Both the position numbers and the translations under genes were made by a program. 64,000 nt of DNA from an uncultured Verrucomicrobiae bacterium (lineage in GTDB: Bacteria > Verrucomicrobiota > Verrucomicrobiia > Chthoniobacterales > Terrimicrobiaceae), in the NCBI GenBank assembly GCA_963706955.1, contig CAVPOC010000015.1, positions 1-64,000 of the forward strand, in the 5' to 3' direction. Shown piece after piece: positions 55,071 through 64,000 of the stretch (positions are counted from its first letter, which is position 1; every line of letters starts with the position of its first letter). The notes under the pieces are model-generated. The model saw only the letters and a list, made by a program, of their open reading frames with translations, did not search any database and was not told the origin of the DNA.

Positions 55071-55859
55071 TTATGCCAGCTGCGGCACCGCCGCCAGCAG
55101 AGTTTTCGTGTAGTCGTCCTGGGGGTTCTCGTAGATAGCTTCGGCCGGAGCAGCTTCGACGATCTTGCCATGATGCATGACCAAGACAAAGTCACTAATG
55201 TGCTCAATCACAGCAAGATCATGGGCGATGAACAGATAAGAGATGCCCAGCTCCTCTTGCAAATCCTTCAAGAGATTGACGATCTGTCCTTGGACGCTGA
55301 CATCGAGGGCGCTGACCGGCTCGTCGCAAACTATGAAACGCGGCTTTACGGCCAATGCCCTGGCAATGCCGATTCGCTGGCGCTGACCGCCGCTAAACTC
55401 ATGCGGGTATCGAACGGCCATTTCCGGTTCAAGCCCCACCTGCTTCAAGAGCGCAGCCACCGACTCGCGACGATCGGCGGCGGATAGCTCGCGAAAATGA
55501 ATTTCCAGAGCCTCCCCGATGATCTCGCCGCAGTTCATGCGGGGGTTCAAAGAGCCGTATGGATCCTGAAAAATCATCTGCATTTCCCGCCGTAACGGCC
55601 GAAACTCCCTCTCGCTCATTGGTAGAATACCTTTGCCGTCGAAAATGACCTCGCCATCCGTCGCTCTAATAAGCTTCAGTAACGCCCGACCTACTGTTGT
55701 CTTCCCGCTCCCGCTCTCGCCTACCAACCCGACGGTTTGACCTCCCTCCACAACGAAGCTCACCCCATCCACTGCCTTGACCTCATCGACCTTCCGACGA
55801 AAAAAGCCGCCGAAGACCGGAAACCAAACCCTCAAATTCTTGACCTCCAGAAGCGCCAT
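55071..55859 (-). CDS. Oligopeptide/dipeptide ABC ATP-binding protein (OppF/AppF-like)
   Basis: [40 protein letters not shown]. Confidence 0.93.
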   Translation of the reverse strand: MALLEVKNLRVWFPVFGGFFRRKVDEVKAVDGVSFVVEGGQTVGLVGESGSGKTTVGRALLKLIRATDGEVIFDGKGILPMSEREFRPLRREMQMIFQDPYGSLNPRMNCGEIIGEALEIHFRELSAADRRESVAALLKQVGLEPEMAVRYPHEFSGGQRQRIGIARALAVKPRFIVCDEPVSALDVSVQGQIVNLLKDLQEELGISYLFIAHDLAVIEHISDFVLVMHHGKIVEAAPAEAIYENPQDDYTKTLLAAVPQLA

Positions 55860-56145
55860 CGCGCAAGAAAGTGTGCCGTTTGACTAAAAAAGCAAGGCGG
55901 GATCAATTTCAACGATGACACCCCGTTGCCGCCGCATATCGATTGACCGACCTATTGAATTCAAATCATCTATCAGAAGAACGCACGGCGAAGGTACTTA
56001 TCCGAGTTATTACTCCTTTCCAGAACATTTTGTTTCTCTCCGATTGGAAATCGTCCGGGGCTAGGTGGACAGCGCAAACACCCTGCGGCGAGTGCATTTC
56101 CATTGGCTCAGGGAGTAAAGCGCAGAGGGCGCAGGAGCATTCTTG

Positions 56146-57384
56146 ATGAGCAAGAAGACGCGCAATCACATCATCGCACTTGCGTGCCTGCTCGCTTTTG
56201 TCGCAGTCGGGATGTTATTCTACGTTAACTGGGTAGTTCAAAAGCCTTTTGCAATCATTCTCTTCCTGACGGACAACTTAACTACATCGACACTTGCAGC
56301 ATCGCGAATCTACGAGAATGGCGCCGACAATCGGCTCAACCTCGAGAAACTTCCGAACCTGGGTCTTATAACGACGCACGCTGCTGATTTCGCGGTGAGT
56401 GATCCGGCTGCCGCAGCTACCGCGATCGCCACGGGAATAAAGGTCAATAATCGTTCCGTAGGAGTGGATTCTGCAGGCCAGCCGCTCGAAAATTTGTTCG
56501 ATCTGGCTAGAAAAGCGGGACGGACCACCGGGCTGATCACCAACGCAGCGATCTCCGATACAACGCCGGCGGCTTTTTACGCAAAATCGGGTAATCCTCA
56601 GGACTCAGAAACCATCGCAGCGCAGCTTGTCGAAACCGCGAATATCGATGTGGTTCTCGGTGGCGGAGAGGCGGACTTTCTCCCGGAACACAAGCAAGGT
56701 CGGCGCCAGGACGGGCGTGATCTGTTGCTCGAGATGCGCCGCAAGGGCTATGACATCGCTCAAAACAAGTCGGAGCTGGAAAATACGCCTGCGTGGCGGG
56801 CACCGAGATTACTCGGCGTTTTCTCGTTCGGTAACCTCGCGTTTGCCGACGAAATCCAATCCGCCGGATCGCAGCCCGATCTTGCCGCAATGGTGCGCGC
56901 TGCGATCCAACTCCTGCAATATAATCGCAAAGGTTATCTGCTGGTGGTCGATGGCGGACTTGCCGGAAAAGCTGCAGCCCAAAACGAGGGAGAACGCATG
57001 CTGCGAGAATTGATCGCTCTTGACCAAGCCGTCGCCTCGGCAGTCAGTTTTGCTGGCGCGAACTCCCTGATCGTGGTTGCCGGAAAGCAGAGTGTCGGTG
57101 GGCTCCGCTTGAATGGATATCCATTCCGCGATGACAAAGGCGCTTCCGTTGTTGGTATCAATAGCCAGGGCATCCCTTCCATGACGTGGTCAACCGGACC
57201 CGGAACCGCAGCCTTGGGCACAGGCGAGGCTTCGCCTGCCAGCGAGCCCTCGGCGGTGCCTGCGCCTGTGGCTATTGGCGTAGCGGAAGATGGAATCGTC
57301 GCCGGAGTTGGTCCCGGCTCCGAGCGGCTTCAAGGCTTCAGAGACAACACCGATGTGTATCGGGTCATTTCGCAGAACCTTTAG
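56146..57384 (+). CDS. Membrane-anchored alkaline phosphatase (PhoA) homologue, catalytically degenerate
   Basis: AP-fold motifs ATAIATG.K..N, TPAAF, DVVLGGG, R.DGRDL, P.L..MV..A, DNTDV; catalytic positions substituted. Confidence 0.85.
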   Translation: MSKKTRNHIIALACLLAFVAVGMLFYVNWVVQKPFAIILFLTDNLTTSTLAASRIYENGADNRLNLEKLPNLGLITTHAADFAVSDPAAAATAIATGIKVNNRSVGVDSAGQPLENLFDLARKAGRTTGLITNAAISDTTPAAFYAKSGNPQDSETIAAQLVETANIDVVLGGGEADFLPEHKQGRRQDGRDLLLEMRRKGYDIAQNKSELENTPAWRAPRLLGVFSFGNLAFADEIQSAGSQPDLAAMVRAAIQLLQYNRKGYLLVVDGGLAGKAAAQNEGERMLRELIALDQAVASAVSFAGANSLIVVAGKQSVGGLRLNGYPFRDDKGASVVGINSQGIPSMTWSTGPGTAALGTGEASPASEPSAVPAPVAIGVAEDGIVAGVGPGSERLQGFRDNTDVYRVISQNL

Positions 57385-57399
57385 GAAAATCAGCCTGCC

Positions 57400-57813
57400 T
57401 TAAGCTCCGTAGCTCTTGGAGAACTTCTTCTTGCTGTCCGAAGCCTCTTCCGACGCCACACCCGGTTCGGCGGTGCTGGCGGCCGTTTCGGCGGCGGAGG
57501 CGGCCGGAGGCGTAGGTGGCGGGGATGAAGACGCTGCATGGGCGGCCTGCACATACGCCATCTCCAAATCCGAAAGCACGCTGTTGAGAATCTCTTTCTC
57601 CTCATTGGTCAGATTGCCGCGCGTCTTTTCACGTATCATCTCGAGATGGTCGATAAAGAGCTTTGCTGGCTCGAGCAGAATCTCGCTCTTACCCGAGTGC
57701 GGGCTCGGTATGCGACCGAGAAAAAGCGATGCTTGTTGCGCCTGCATCATCACAAACTCAATGAATCTCTGTGACATTTCGCCCGATTGAGTGGATTTCT
57801 GAACTTCAGCCAT
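57400..57813 (-). CDS. DUF1844-like protein
   Basis: QQASLFLGRIPSP, AKLFIDHLEMIREKTRGNLT.EE; low-complexity Pro/Ala tail. Confidence 0.8.
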   Translation of the reverse strand: MAEVQKSTQSGEMSQRFIEFVMMQAQQASLFLGRIPSPHSGKSEILLEPAKLFIDHLEMIREKTRGNLTNEEKEILNSVLSDLEMAYVQAAHAASSSPPPTPPAASAAETAASTAEPGVASEEASDSKKKFSKSYGA

Positions 57814-57815
57814 GG

Positions 57816-60455
57816 TCAGGATTGAGGATTCTTTTTTTGAGTCGCGGCCGTCGTCCCAGGCGGTCGCACGACGACCTCGACGCGCGAAGATGTCCCGAAG
57901 TATTTCGCGGCAGCATCGCGCACATCACTAATCGTCGCCCGCTCGACCTGGTCACGTCGGCGGAGGTAATTGTCGAAGCCCAAACCAACCAGTTCATCAA
58001 CGGCGACAGTGGCGGCAAAGGCGGAATTGCTTTGGTTTCGGATTGCCTCAGAACCAAGAAGCTTTTTCTTTGCGCGAGCAAGTTCTTCTTCGGTAAGCCC
58101 GTCCTTTGACAAGGCTTCGATTTCCTGATGGAGCTCTGCGGTCACGGCTTCCACTTTCTTCGGATCGGTGCCCAAAAAGAAGACGAATGAACCGGGCGCC
58201 AAACCGGCGAAGTTTCCCGCCCCTACGAAATAGGCAAGACCCATCTGCTCGCGGATTCTATTAAAAAAGCGCGAGCCCAAATCGTTGGAGGCTTCATTGA
58301 GCAAATCGAGGAGGGTGCGATCCGGGCTGAGGACGTCAGCGCCAGGATAGCCGATCATCACGACCGCTTGTTGCTTGTTGCGCTCTTCGACAACGCTGAC
58401 CGGTGCATTCGGAGCGACCGGCCTTGGCGGGTCTGATAACGCCAGTTGGCCAGCCGGCATGGCGCCGAAATTCTTTTCGACGAGGCGCAGGACTTCCTCA
58501 GCCTTGACATCGCCAAAGACAGCGAGGACGCCATTTTGGGCAACAATGAGATTGTCTTTGAATGCTGTTAACTCCGCGGGCGAGAGCTTTTGGATGGCTT
58601 CGACGCGCCCGCTCGTGCGCAGTGCGTACGGGTGTTTGTCGAAGAGTTTCTCGCGGAGAACATTTCGCGCCACTGACGTGATTTGTTCGTCCTCTGCCTT
58701 GATGGCAGCAATTTGAGCCGCCTTCTCGAGTTCGACCTCTTTCTCGGGAAAAGTGGGATTCTCGAGAATGTCGGCCAGCACTTCGAGACCGAGCGACAGA
58801 TCAGGCTTCATCACCTCGACACTCAAACTGAAACTATTGTTGCCATTGTCCGAGCCGATTCGACCGCCTGCACCTTCGACCTGCTCGGCGATCTGCACCG
58901 CCGTCCGGTTTTTGGTTCCTTTCAGGAGCGCGCGGGAAAGGAGTCTGGTGATGCCGTTGTTCTCAAGATTTTCAGCCAGCAGCCCGCCGCGAAAGCCAGC
59001 ATAAATAGAAACCAGCGGCAATCTTGGATCCTCCCGCACGAGTAAACGCAACCCGTTTGGAAGAACGAATTTTTTCACCTCGGACTTGACGGCCTTTGTC
59101 TCGGCAGCGCCCGGGGTAGTTGATGATCCAGTTGGATTGAGAGAAGTGACATTCAGCCTATCATCACGCAGATATTTTTGCGCCACGCGCTGGAGATCTG
59201 CGGTCGTTACCCGAGCGATCGCATCGAGGTAATCCTTGCTGAAATTGATATTCCTGGTCAGGAGCCAGTTCGAGCCCAGATCGGAAGCTTTGCCCCGCAT
59301 GGTGGAAAGGCCCGCCAACTGGTTTGCAAGCATCGAGCGGCGGGCCTTGTCGAGTTCGGCCTGTGTCCCGCCAGTTTGCTTGATCTGCTCCAGGACGGCG
59401 AGGGCCTCTTTCTCTACCGCTGAGCGTTGCCCAGGATCGCAAAGGGCTTGAATGACAAAGACCCCGTCGGTCTGCAACGAAAACACTCCCGAGTCGATCG
59501 CGTGAACGATCTGCTGCTTCTCCCGAAGCTCCTGATTCAAAAGCGAGCTCCGCCCGGAGCCGAGCACATCGCCGAGGAGTTCCAGCGCCGGCGTGTCAGG
59601 GTCAGTGAGTCCAGGAACGCGCCAGGCCAGCGAGAGGCGCGTTAGCTCTGTGGCAAACTCTTCGTGCGCATCGCGGCGTCCGATCTGCTCCGGTTCGCTT
59701 GCAATGTAAAGCGGCTCCACCGGCTGCCGTGAATAATCTTTGAAGGCCTGCTCAACTTGTTCTCGAATCTTCTCAGCGTCCACATCGCCCGCGACGACAA
59801 AGGTGAGATTATTCGGCGCATATCGCGACTTGTAATATTCCATGACATCATCGCGCTTGAGTTTGTTGTAAACATCAAGATATCCGATAATTGGATGCCC
59901 AAAGGGGCTCTCGGAGAAGACCGTCCGAAGCATAAGCTGCGAGCTCTGGCGGCCCGGATCATCAAATCCCATGGCGAACTCTCGGCGAATAACTTCCTGT
60001 TCCTTGACGTATTCGTCTTCCGGCAGGGTCGAATTCATCATCGCGTCGGCAAGAATGGTGACCGCCTCGGAAACACCCTCCGAAGGAACATCGATCCAAT
60101 ACACCGTTCGATCGAAACTGGTATATGCGTTGATATAGCCGCCGCGATCCTGAACTTGCCGTGCAATGTCTCCTGCTTTGCGATCCCGCGTGCCCTTAAA
60201 GAGCATGTGCTCAAGAATGTGCGAGAGGCCCGCTCCCATCCATTTACCCTCGTCGATACTGCCGGTAGCACACCAGGCTTGCACACTCGCCACAGGGGCG
60301 CTGTGGTCCTCCTCAATGATCAGCGTAAGTCCATTCTCCAACGTAAAAACCCGTGCGGTGCTCTCCGGCAAAACGGGGACTGGGGGAGGAGAATCCTTCG
60401 CGGGAGCGTGAGCTAGCGTCATCAGAAGAGAAACGAGAAGAAAAACGGACTTCAT
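57816..60455 (-). CDS. M16 (pitrilysin-like) zinc protease, fused active and inactive halves, exported
   Basis: Signal peptide, HILEH inverzincin motif, NAYTS, second LPNGL repeat lacking HxxEH, IREQMGLAY. Confidence 0.93.
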   Translation of the reverse strand: MKSVFLLVSLLMTLAHAPAKDSPPPVPVLPESTARVFTLENGLTLIIEEDHSAPVASVQAWCATGSIDEGKWMGAGLSHILEHMLFKGTRDRKAGDIARQVQDRGGYINAYTSFDRTVYWIDVPSEGVSEAVTILADAMMNSTLPEDEYVKEQEVIRREFAMGFDDPGRQSSQLMLRTVFSESPFGHPIIGYLDVYNKLKRDDVMEYYKSRYAPNNLTFVVAGDVDAEKIREQVEQAFKDYSRQPVEPLYIASEPEQIGRRDAHEEFATELTRLSLAWRVPGLTDPDTPALELLGDVLGSGRSSLLNQELREKQQIVHAIDSGVFSLQTDGVFVIQALCDPGQRSAVEKEALAVLEQIKQTGGTQAELDKARRSMLANQLAGLSTMRGKASDLGSNWLLTRNINFSKDYLDAIARVTTADLQRVAQKYLRDDRLNVTSLNPTGSSTTPGAAETKAVKSEVKKFVLPNGLRLLVREDPRLPLVSIYAGFRGGLLAENLENNGITRLLSRALLKGTKNRTAVQIAEQVEGAGGRIGSDNGNNSFSLSVEVMKPDLSLGLEVLADILENPTFPEKEVELEKAAQIAAIKAEDEQITSVARNVLREKLFDKHPYALRTSGRVEAIQKLSPAELTAFKDNLIVAQNGVLAVFGDVKAEEVLRLVEKNFGAMPAGQLALSDPPRPVAPNAPVSVVEERNKQQAVVMIGYPGADVLSPDRTLLDLLNEASNDLGSRFFNRIREQMGLAYFVGAGNFAGLAPGSFVFFLGTDPKKVEAVTAELHQEIEALSKDGLTEEELARAKKKLLGSEAIRNQSNSAFAATVAVDELVGLGFDNYLRRRDQVERATISDVRDAAAKYFGTSSRVEVVVRPPGTTAATQKKNPQS

Positions 60456-60883
60456 GCTTTCTTTCCGACAACGCCGGAGCCAATTGCGCTCAATTTCTCC
60501 GGAGCTGGGCGGAAAGGCAGCACGAAAGCTTCCAGAAAATCATAGCCTTCGCGAAAGCTCTCGGGAGTGTCCTCATCGGTCTTCCCGAATATTCCCACGT
60601 GAACAAGATTGAAAACCATGTTGCCGATATCATCAGTGGAGCGCAGACCCCAATAGTCAAAGACGGTGATGGCCATCGGACCGAACTCTTGTAAAGCGTG
60701 CAACCGAAATCCCTCGAGCAGTTCGGTAGCGGCCACATGGCCTGATGCATCCTTGCGAGCCTTCTTTCGCCGCTTCAGCGTAGCCTCGAGTGCGTCACGC
60801 AAGAAAATGTAGGCGTCGGCATGGTATCGAGGATCGGTGATCAAAACTCGCTCGAGCGCCTCTTGGAATCCAATTGCCTGCAT
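60452..60883 (-). CDS. Minf_1886-family (Verrucomicrobia/Planctomycetes-restricted) protein
   Basis: DPRY..DAY.FL..AL, GHV...ELL.G, EFGPMA..V...WG, DIG.MVFNLV, F..GYDF.EAF..PF. Confidence 0.8.
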   Translation of the reverse strand: MQAIGFQEALERVLITDPRYHADAYIFLRDALEATLKRRKKARKDASGHVAATELLEGFRLHALQEFGPMAITVFDYWGLRSTDDIGNMVFNLVHVGIFGKTDEDTPESFREGYDFLEAFVLPFRPAPEKLSAIGSGVVGKKA

Positions 60884-60884
60884 A

Positions 60885-61022
60885 TTACTGACGAAGTTCG
60901 AGACCAGCTTGCAAGGGAGCCAGAGCTCGCTCACTGCGCCAGTGCTTGACAGCTAAGCCGGCACAAAAGGCAAGTAAAACGAAGGCGACCAGGGTTTGTT
61001 CCCTGCGGGTGAGTGAAAACAT
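60885..61022 (-). CDS. Putative 45-aa single-pass membrane protein
   Basis: MFSLTRREQTLVAFVLLAFCAGLAVKHWRSERALAPLQAGLELRQ; GGAG just upstream; stop 1 nt before the next ATG. Confidence 0.6.
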   Translation of the reverse strand: MFSLTRREQTLVAFVLLAFCAGLAVKHWRSERALAPLQAGLELRQ

Positions 61023-61072
61023 TTCTCCAGAAAATAGCGAGGCGGGCCGGTCGTGCAAGTGCGCAAGAACAT

Positions 61073-62380
61073 CTACCATCCCCGCACCTCGATATCGTCG
61101 AGATAACGACTCACGGCATCGTTGCGGTGAAAAGTAAGGGCGTTCGATTGCGAGTCGACTGCCGAATCAAACTCCTTGCTGGGCGTGCTCAATTGGGCCG
61201 CCTCAAACCAGTTAAGGTAATCTTCCATTTCGTCGGCGCGTTTGACGACCGCTTGTTGCAGCTGCATGTTTTTTCGAATTCTGACTTCGAGCTTTTTCTT
61301 CGGCTTTGCGGCGAGTTCGCTGGCAACCATGCGGTACTCTTGGACAATCGGACGGATGAGCGGGTGGGCCCTGATTTCTAGCCGCAGTAGGTCCTCAGCC
61401 TTCTGGCGGACGACATAGCGCCCAGTCTTCGATTTGGCCACAGCCGGAAACGCTTCCGGGCCGTTTAGAGTGCCGCCCTTCGGCTTCGCCGGGTTCACTG
61501 GCGCCGTGATTTCAAGAATAAGGCTAAGCCTTCGCTCTGTTTCCTTCACACTGAGAGGAGTTACGCGATTGGCTGCGGAAGCATCTGCCAGACTAAGCGT
61601 CCAGACCTTCGATACCATCACGGGATCGTCGGCAAGAGACGGAAACTTCTTCAGCAACTCAGCGCCCTCGCTGGTATTAAGTGAAGACAAGTTGGCGCAG
61701 TAATCGGCGAGATGCTTGGCTCCATCGGGACTGCTGAGGAGTGCACGCAAGAGCCCGAGGGCCTTTGCCCGATAGATTGCGTGCGAGGTGGCGTCGAGCA
61801 TCTCTGGCCGCTCTTTCAAGAAGGCCGTTAAGTCGGGGGAATCTTTCGCATTGATAAGCCGCTCATAGACGCTGACGTCGACTCCCTCTTCGCGCGCAAT
61901 CACATCCTCGAACAAGCCTTCCACCAGCCAAGCCGGCGGTTGGTGAAGCGCTTTCCCCGCCTTGGCCAAAACATTCCGATAGCCAAATTCCAAAAACAAC
62001 GCTCTGTAGACCTCCAGGTCGAAATCCGACCCTTTCAATGCCGCCGTATCGCCAACATCGATCTGAATCTTTGAGGCACCGCCATCGCTCTCGTAGAGCG
62101 CCGTCCGAATGCGAGGAGAATTCGAGCCGCTGATCGCGAGCACTTGGACAATGATGGGCGATTTCCATTCGTCGCTCAATCTCAAGCGGCGCAGCCACTG
62201 ATTTTTTAGGTCTTCGGCTCGCTGCGCCAGGCGCGATCTCAGCCCACGATCCGAGTGATAGATGACAAACTGTTGCGACGAACTAACGGAGCGCTGCAAG
62301 GGCGCCGGTGGATCGGACTTGGTCTGGGCAAAGACTGAGAGCGAACCGAGTATTGCCGGCCAAAGCAGCAAGCCACGCAC
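61073..62380 (-). CDS. Hypothetical exported protein, gluzincin-like motif without HExxH
   Basis: Signal peptide, SSSQQFVIY, PPAWLVEGL; GTG start overlaps the upstream stop by 1 nt. Confidence 0.75.
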   Translation of the reverse strand: MRGLLLWPAILGSLSVFAQTKSDPPAPLQRSVSSSQQFVIYHSDRGLRSRLAQRAEDLKNQWLRRLRLSDEWKSPIIVQVLAISGSNSPRIRTALYESDGGASKIQIDVGDTAALKGSDFDLEVYRALFLEFGYRNVLAKAGKALHQPPAWLVEGLFEDVIAREEGVDVSVYERLINAKDSPDLTAFLKERPEMLDATSHAIYRAKALGLLRALLSSPDGAKHLADYCANLSSLNTSEGAELLKKFPSLADDPVMVSKVWTLSLADASAANRVTPLSVKETERRLSLILEITAPVNPAKPKGGTLNGPEAFPAVAKSKTGRYVVRQKAEDLLRLEIRAHPLIRPIVQEYRMVASELAAKPKKKLEVRIRKNMQLQQAVVKRADEMEDYLNWFEAAQLSTPSKEFDSAVDSQSNALTFHRNDAVSRYLDDIEVRGW

Positions 62381-63153
62381 TACTGAGCGCCCGATTTGCG
62401 AGCTTTCCAGCTCAACTTGGCCATCGATGGAGTAAAGAGAACTTCGTCCGCCGACTCCAAAACCGTGACTGCTTCCGACGTAGAGGCAATTACCGGACGC
62501 ATGATCCCCTCGAGCAAAGGCATCAACCGCGGGCTTATCGGCATCCGTCCAATACCGCCTCCAGTCACCCTCATGCTCGCCTTTCCTCCTGTCGCCTCCG
62601 GTGCTGTGATCAGATACATATAGATCGGCCAGCCGAAGAGTCGCTGCTCGACAAAAAATTTCAACTCGCCGGACCGAATCACGATGAACGCGCGGCTGAA
62701 ATCCGCGCGGAAAATTGAATTACTGGTTGTCGGGTCAGGAACGATGCTGGCCGCGAGGTAGTTGTTCGCTTGCGCTTGGGAAATATCGATGGTCCTGGCG
62801 TAATTGCTTCCGGAGAGCACCTGCACCGTATGCAGCAATTGACCCGCCTGCACTTCGTTGGCGGCCTGTGCCGGAGGAACATCGTCTGGCTGGCGAGCCA
62901 TTTGAATCAAAGCAGCCAAAATCGCAGCGAGGATCGCCGTGGAGACGAGTCCTCGAATAAACCCGAATATCGCGGCCGCTATTCCTGTGGTTGCGGCACG
63001 GCCTCGGAACCGTGGTGCCGCAGGCACCTTCGTCGGCGCGGAGATTGTTGGCTCATCGCTGGCCCCGCGCTCCAAGCGCGCGCCACACTCCTGACAGAAC
63101 ACGCGGGTCGAATCATTTTCGTGGCCGCACTGGCTACATTTGACGCTCTTCAC
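62380..63153 (-). CDS. Zinc-ribbon membrane protein
   Basis: CSQCGHEN...FCQECGARL, linker, TM segment, C-terminal soluble domain. Confidence 0.8.
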   Translation of the reverse strand: MKSVKCSQCGHENDSTRVFCQECGARLERGASDEPTISAPTKVPAAPRFRGRAATTGIAAAIFGFIRGLVSTAILAAILAALIQMARQPDDVPPAQAANEVQAGQLLHTVQVLSGSNYARTIDISQAQANNYLAASIVPDPTTSNSIFRADFSRAFIVIRSGELKFFVEQRLFGWPIYMYLITAPEATGGKASMRVTGGGIGRMPISPRLMPLLEGIMRPVIASTSEAVTVLESADEVLFTPSMAKLSWKARKSGAQ

Positions 63154-63494
63154 TCCTGGGAAGATTTTGCCGGCTTGGAAGTTTCCGCCCCCTTTTTCTC
63201 GGTCGTTTTCTCGGTCGACTTCGTCTCCGCAGGCTTCGCGCTTTCGCCGGCGACACCGCCTTCCTTTTTCGCGGCCTGTTTGTAACCTTCGCTTCGGTAA
63301 TCGGTGATATAAAAGCCACTTCCCTTGAAAATTAAACCTGCGCCGGTTCCCAGTAGGCGGCGGACTTTCCCCTTACCCCATCTTTTCATGCGGCACTGGG
63401 CTTCTGGACAGATAGTGAAAGCATTATCCTTCATGGACTGAAAGACCTCGAAAGTCTTCCGGCACTTTTCACATTCGTATTCGTAGGTCGGCAT
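63150..63494 (-). CDS. FmdB-family zinc-ribbon protein
   Basis: MPTYEYECEKC, ICPEAQC, FKGSGFYITDY, Lys/Glu/Thr-rich tail. Confidence 0.9.
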   Translation of the reverse strand: MPTYEYECEKCRKTFEVFQSMKDNAFTICPEAQCRMKRWGKGKVRRLLGTGAGLIFKGSGFYITDYRSEGYKQAAKKEGGVAGESAKPAETKSTEKTTEKKGAETSKPAKSSQE

Positions 63495-63588
63495 CTTCCA
63501 GATGGTATTATCCGGAATTCAGTGTTTTGTGCAATCCTCTCCCTGTCGGCTTGACGTTTTTACAATCCCTGCTCTTTTTCTACGGCGC

Positions 63589-64000
63589 ATGAGATATTCG
63601 GACGCGCTTCGTCACGTCACTGCTGCCACTATCATCGCATTCACCCTGGGAGCCTGCGCCAGCTACGACCCCCGGCTAAATGATCGAAATACCGTCTACC
63701 TCGGCGCCGGTGGGCCCGTTATCGATCCCTCGGTAAAGGAAAGCCTCGCCCTTAAGAAATCCTACTGGGACGATAGTGGCATTACTGGTCCTCCTTCCAT
63801 TGTCATCAACCTGACCAAGCAGACGGCCTCCTTCTACAAGGGGAGCAAACTGGTTGGCGTCTCGGCGATTTCCAGCGGACGAGAAGGCTTCGACACGCCC
63901 GCGGGCAGTTTCAAGATCATGCAGAAGGATTTTGCCCACGCCTCAAACCTCTATGGGGACTACGTCGATACCGCCGGAAATGTCGTCGTCAAAAACGTGG
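63589..64000 (+). CDS. L,D-transpeptidase (YkuD)-family lipoprotein; runs off window, not in ORF track
   Basis: Hand translation MRYSDALRHVTAATIIAFTLGAC... (lipobox LGAC), SIVINLTKQ, ISSGREGFDTPAGSFKIMQKD; catalytic H/C not within window. Confidence 0.8.
   Translation, partial: MRYSDALRHVTAATIIAFTLGACASYDPRLNDRNTVYLGAGGPVIDPSVKESLALKKSYWDDSGITGPPSIVINLTKQTASFYKGSKLVGVSAISSGREGFDTPAGSFKIMQKDFAHASNLYGDYVDTAGNVVVKNV

Overview
A 64 kb chromosomal segment of a GC-rich bacterium, most likely Verrucomicrobiota (Spartobacteria/Chthoniobacterales-like). That call is inferred from a Minf_1886-family gene, a short ATP synthase delta subunit, an extended LepB and an RsmA-NUDIX fusion. Housekeeping content: atpBEFHAGDC, trpA-dapF-dapA-dapB-folK-panB, lepA-lepB, tRNA-Gln(TTG), rsmA, sppA-CPBP-thiL-corA-glycosyltransferase, upp, rpmE-prfA-prmC-murA and rodA. 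Accessory content: two galactoside modules (MalE-like binding protein plus GH42; ABC importer plus GH42 plus GH2), a thuA/thuB-like/AraC module, and a frameshifted CPA1 Na+/H+ antiporter. Best leads: (1) a coupled DUF2868-like membrane protein plus DUF3482-like GTPase pair of unknown function; (2) a membrane-anchored alkaline phosphatase homologue lacking its nucleophile and nearly all Zn ligands; (3) a tightly coupled seven-gene operon of mostly uncharacterised proteins around an exported M16 protease; (4) two similarly arranged DnaA-box clusters, one beside an AT-rich dif-like palindrome; (5) the RsmA-NUDIX fusion; (6) a DR2241-like Fe-S protein and a fused AhbAB-like protein; (7) two unannotated small membrane ORFs and a REP doublet. 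No integrase, transposase, prophage, CRISPR array or rRNA was seen. All family assignments are by-eye motif recognition, not database searches.
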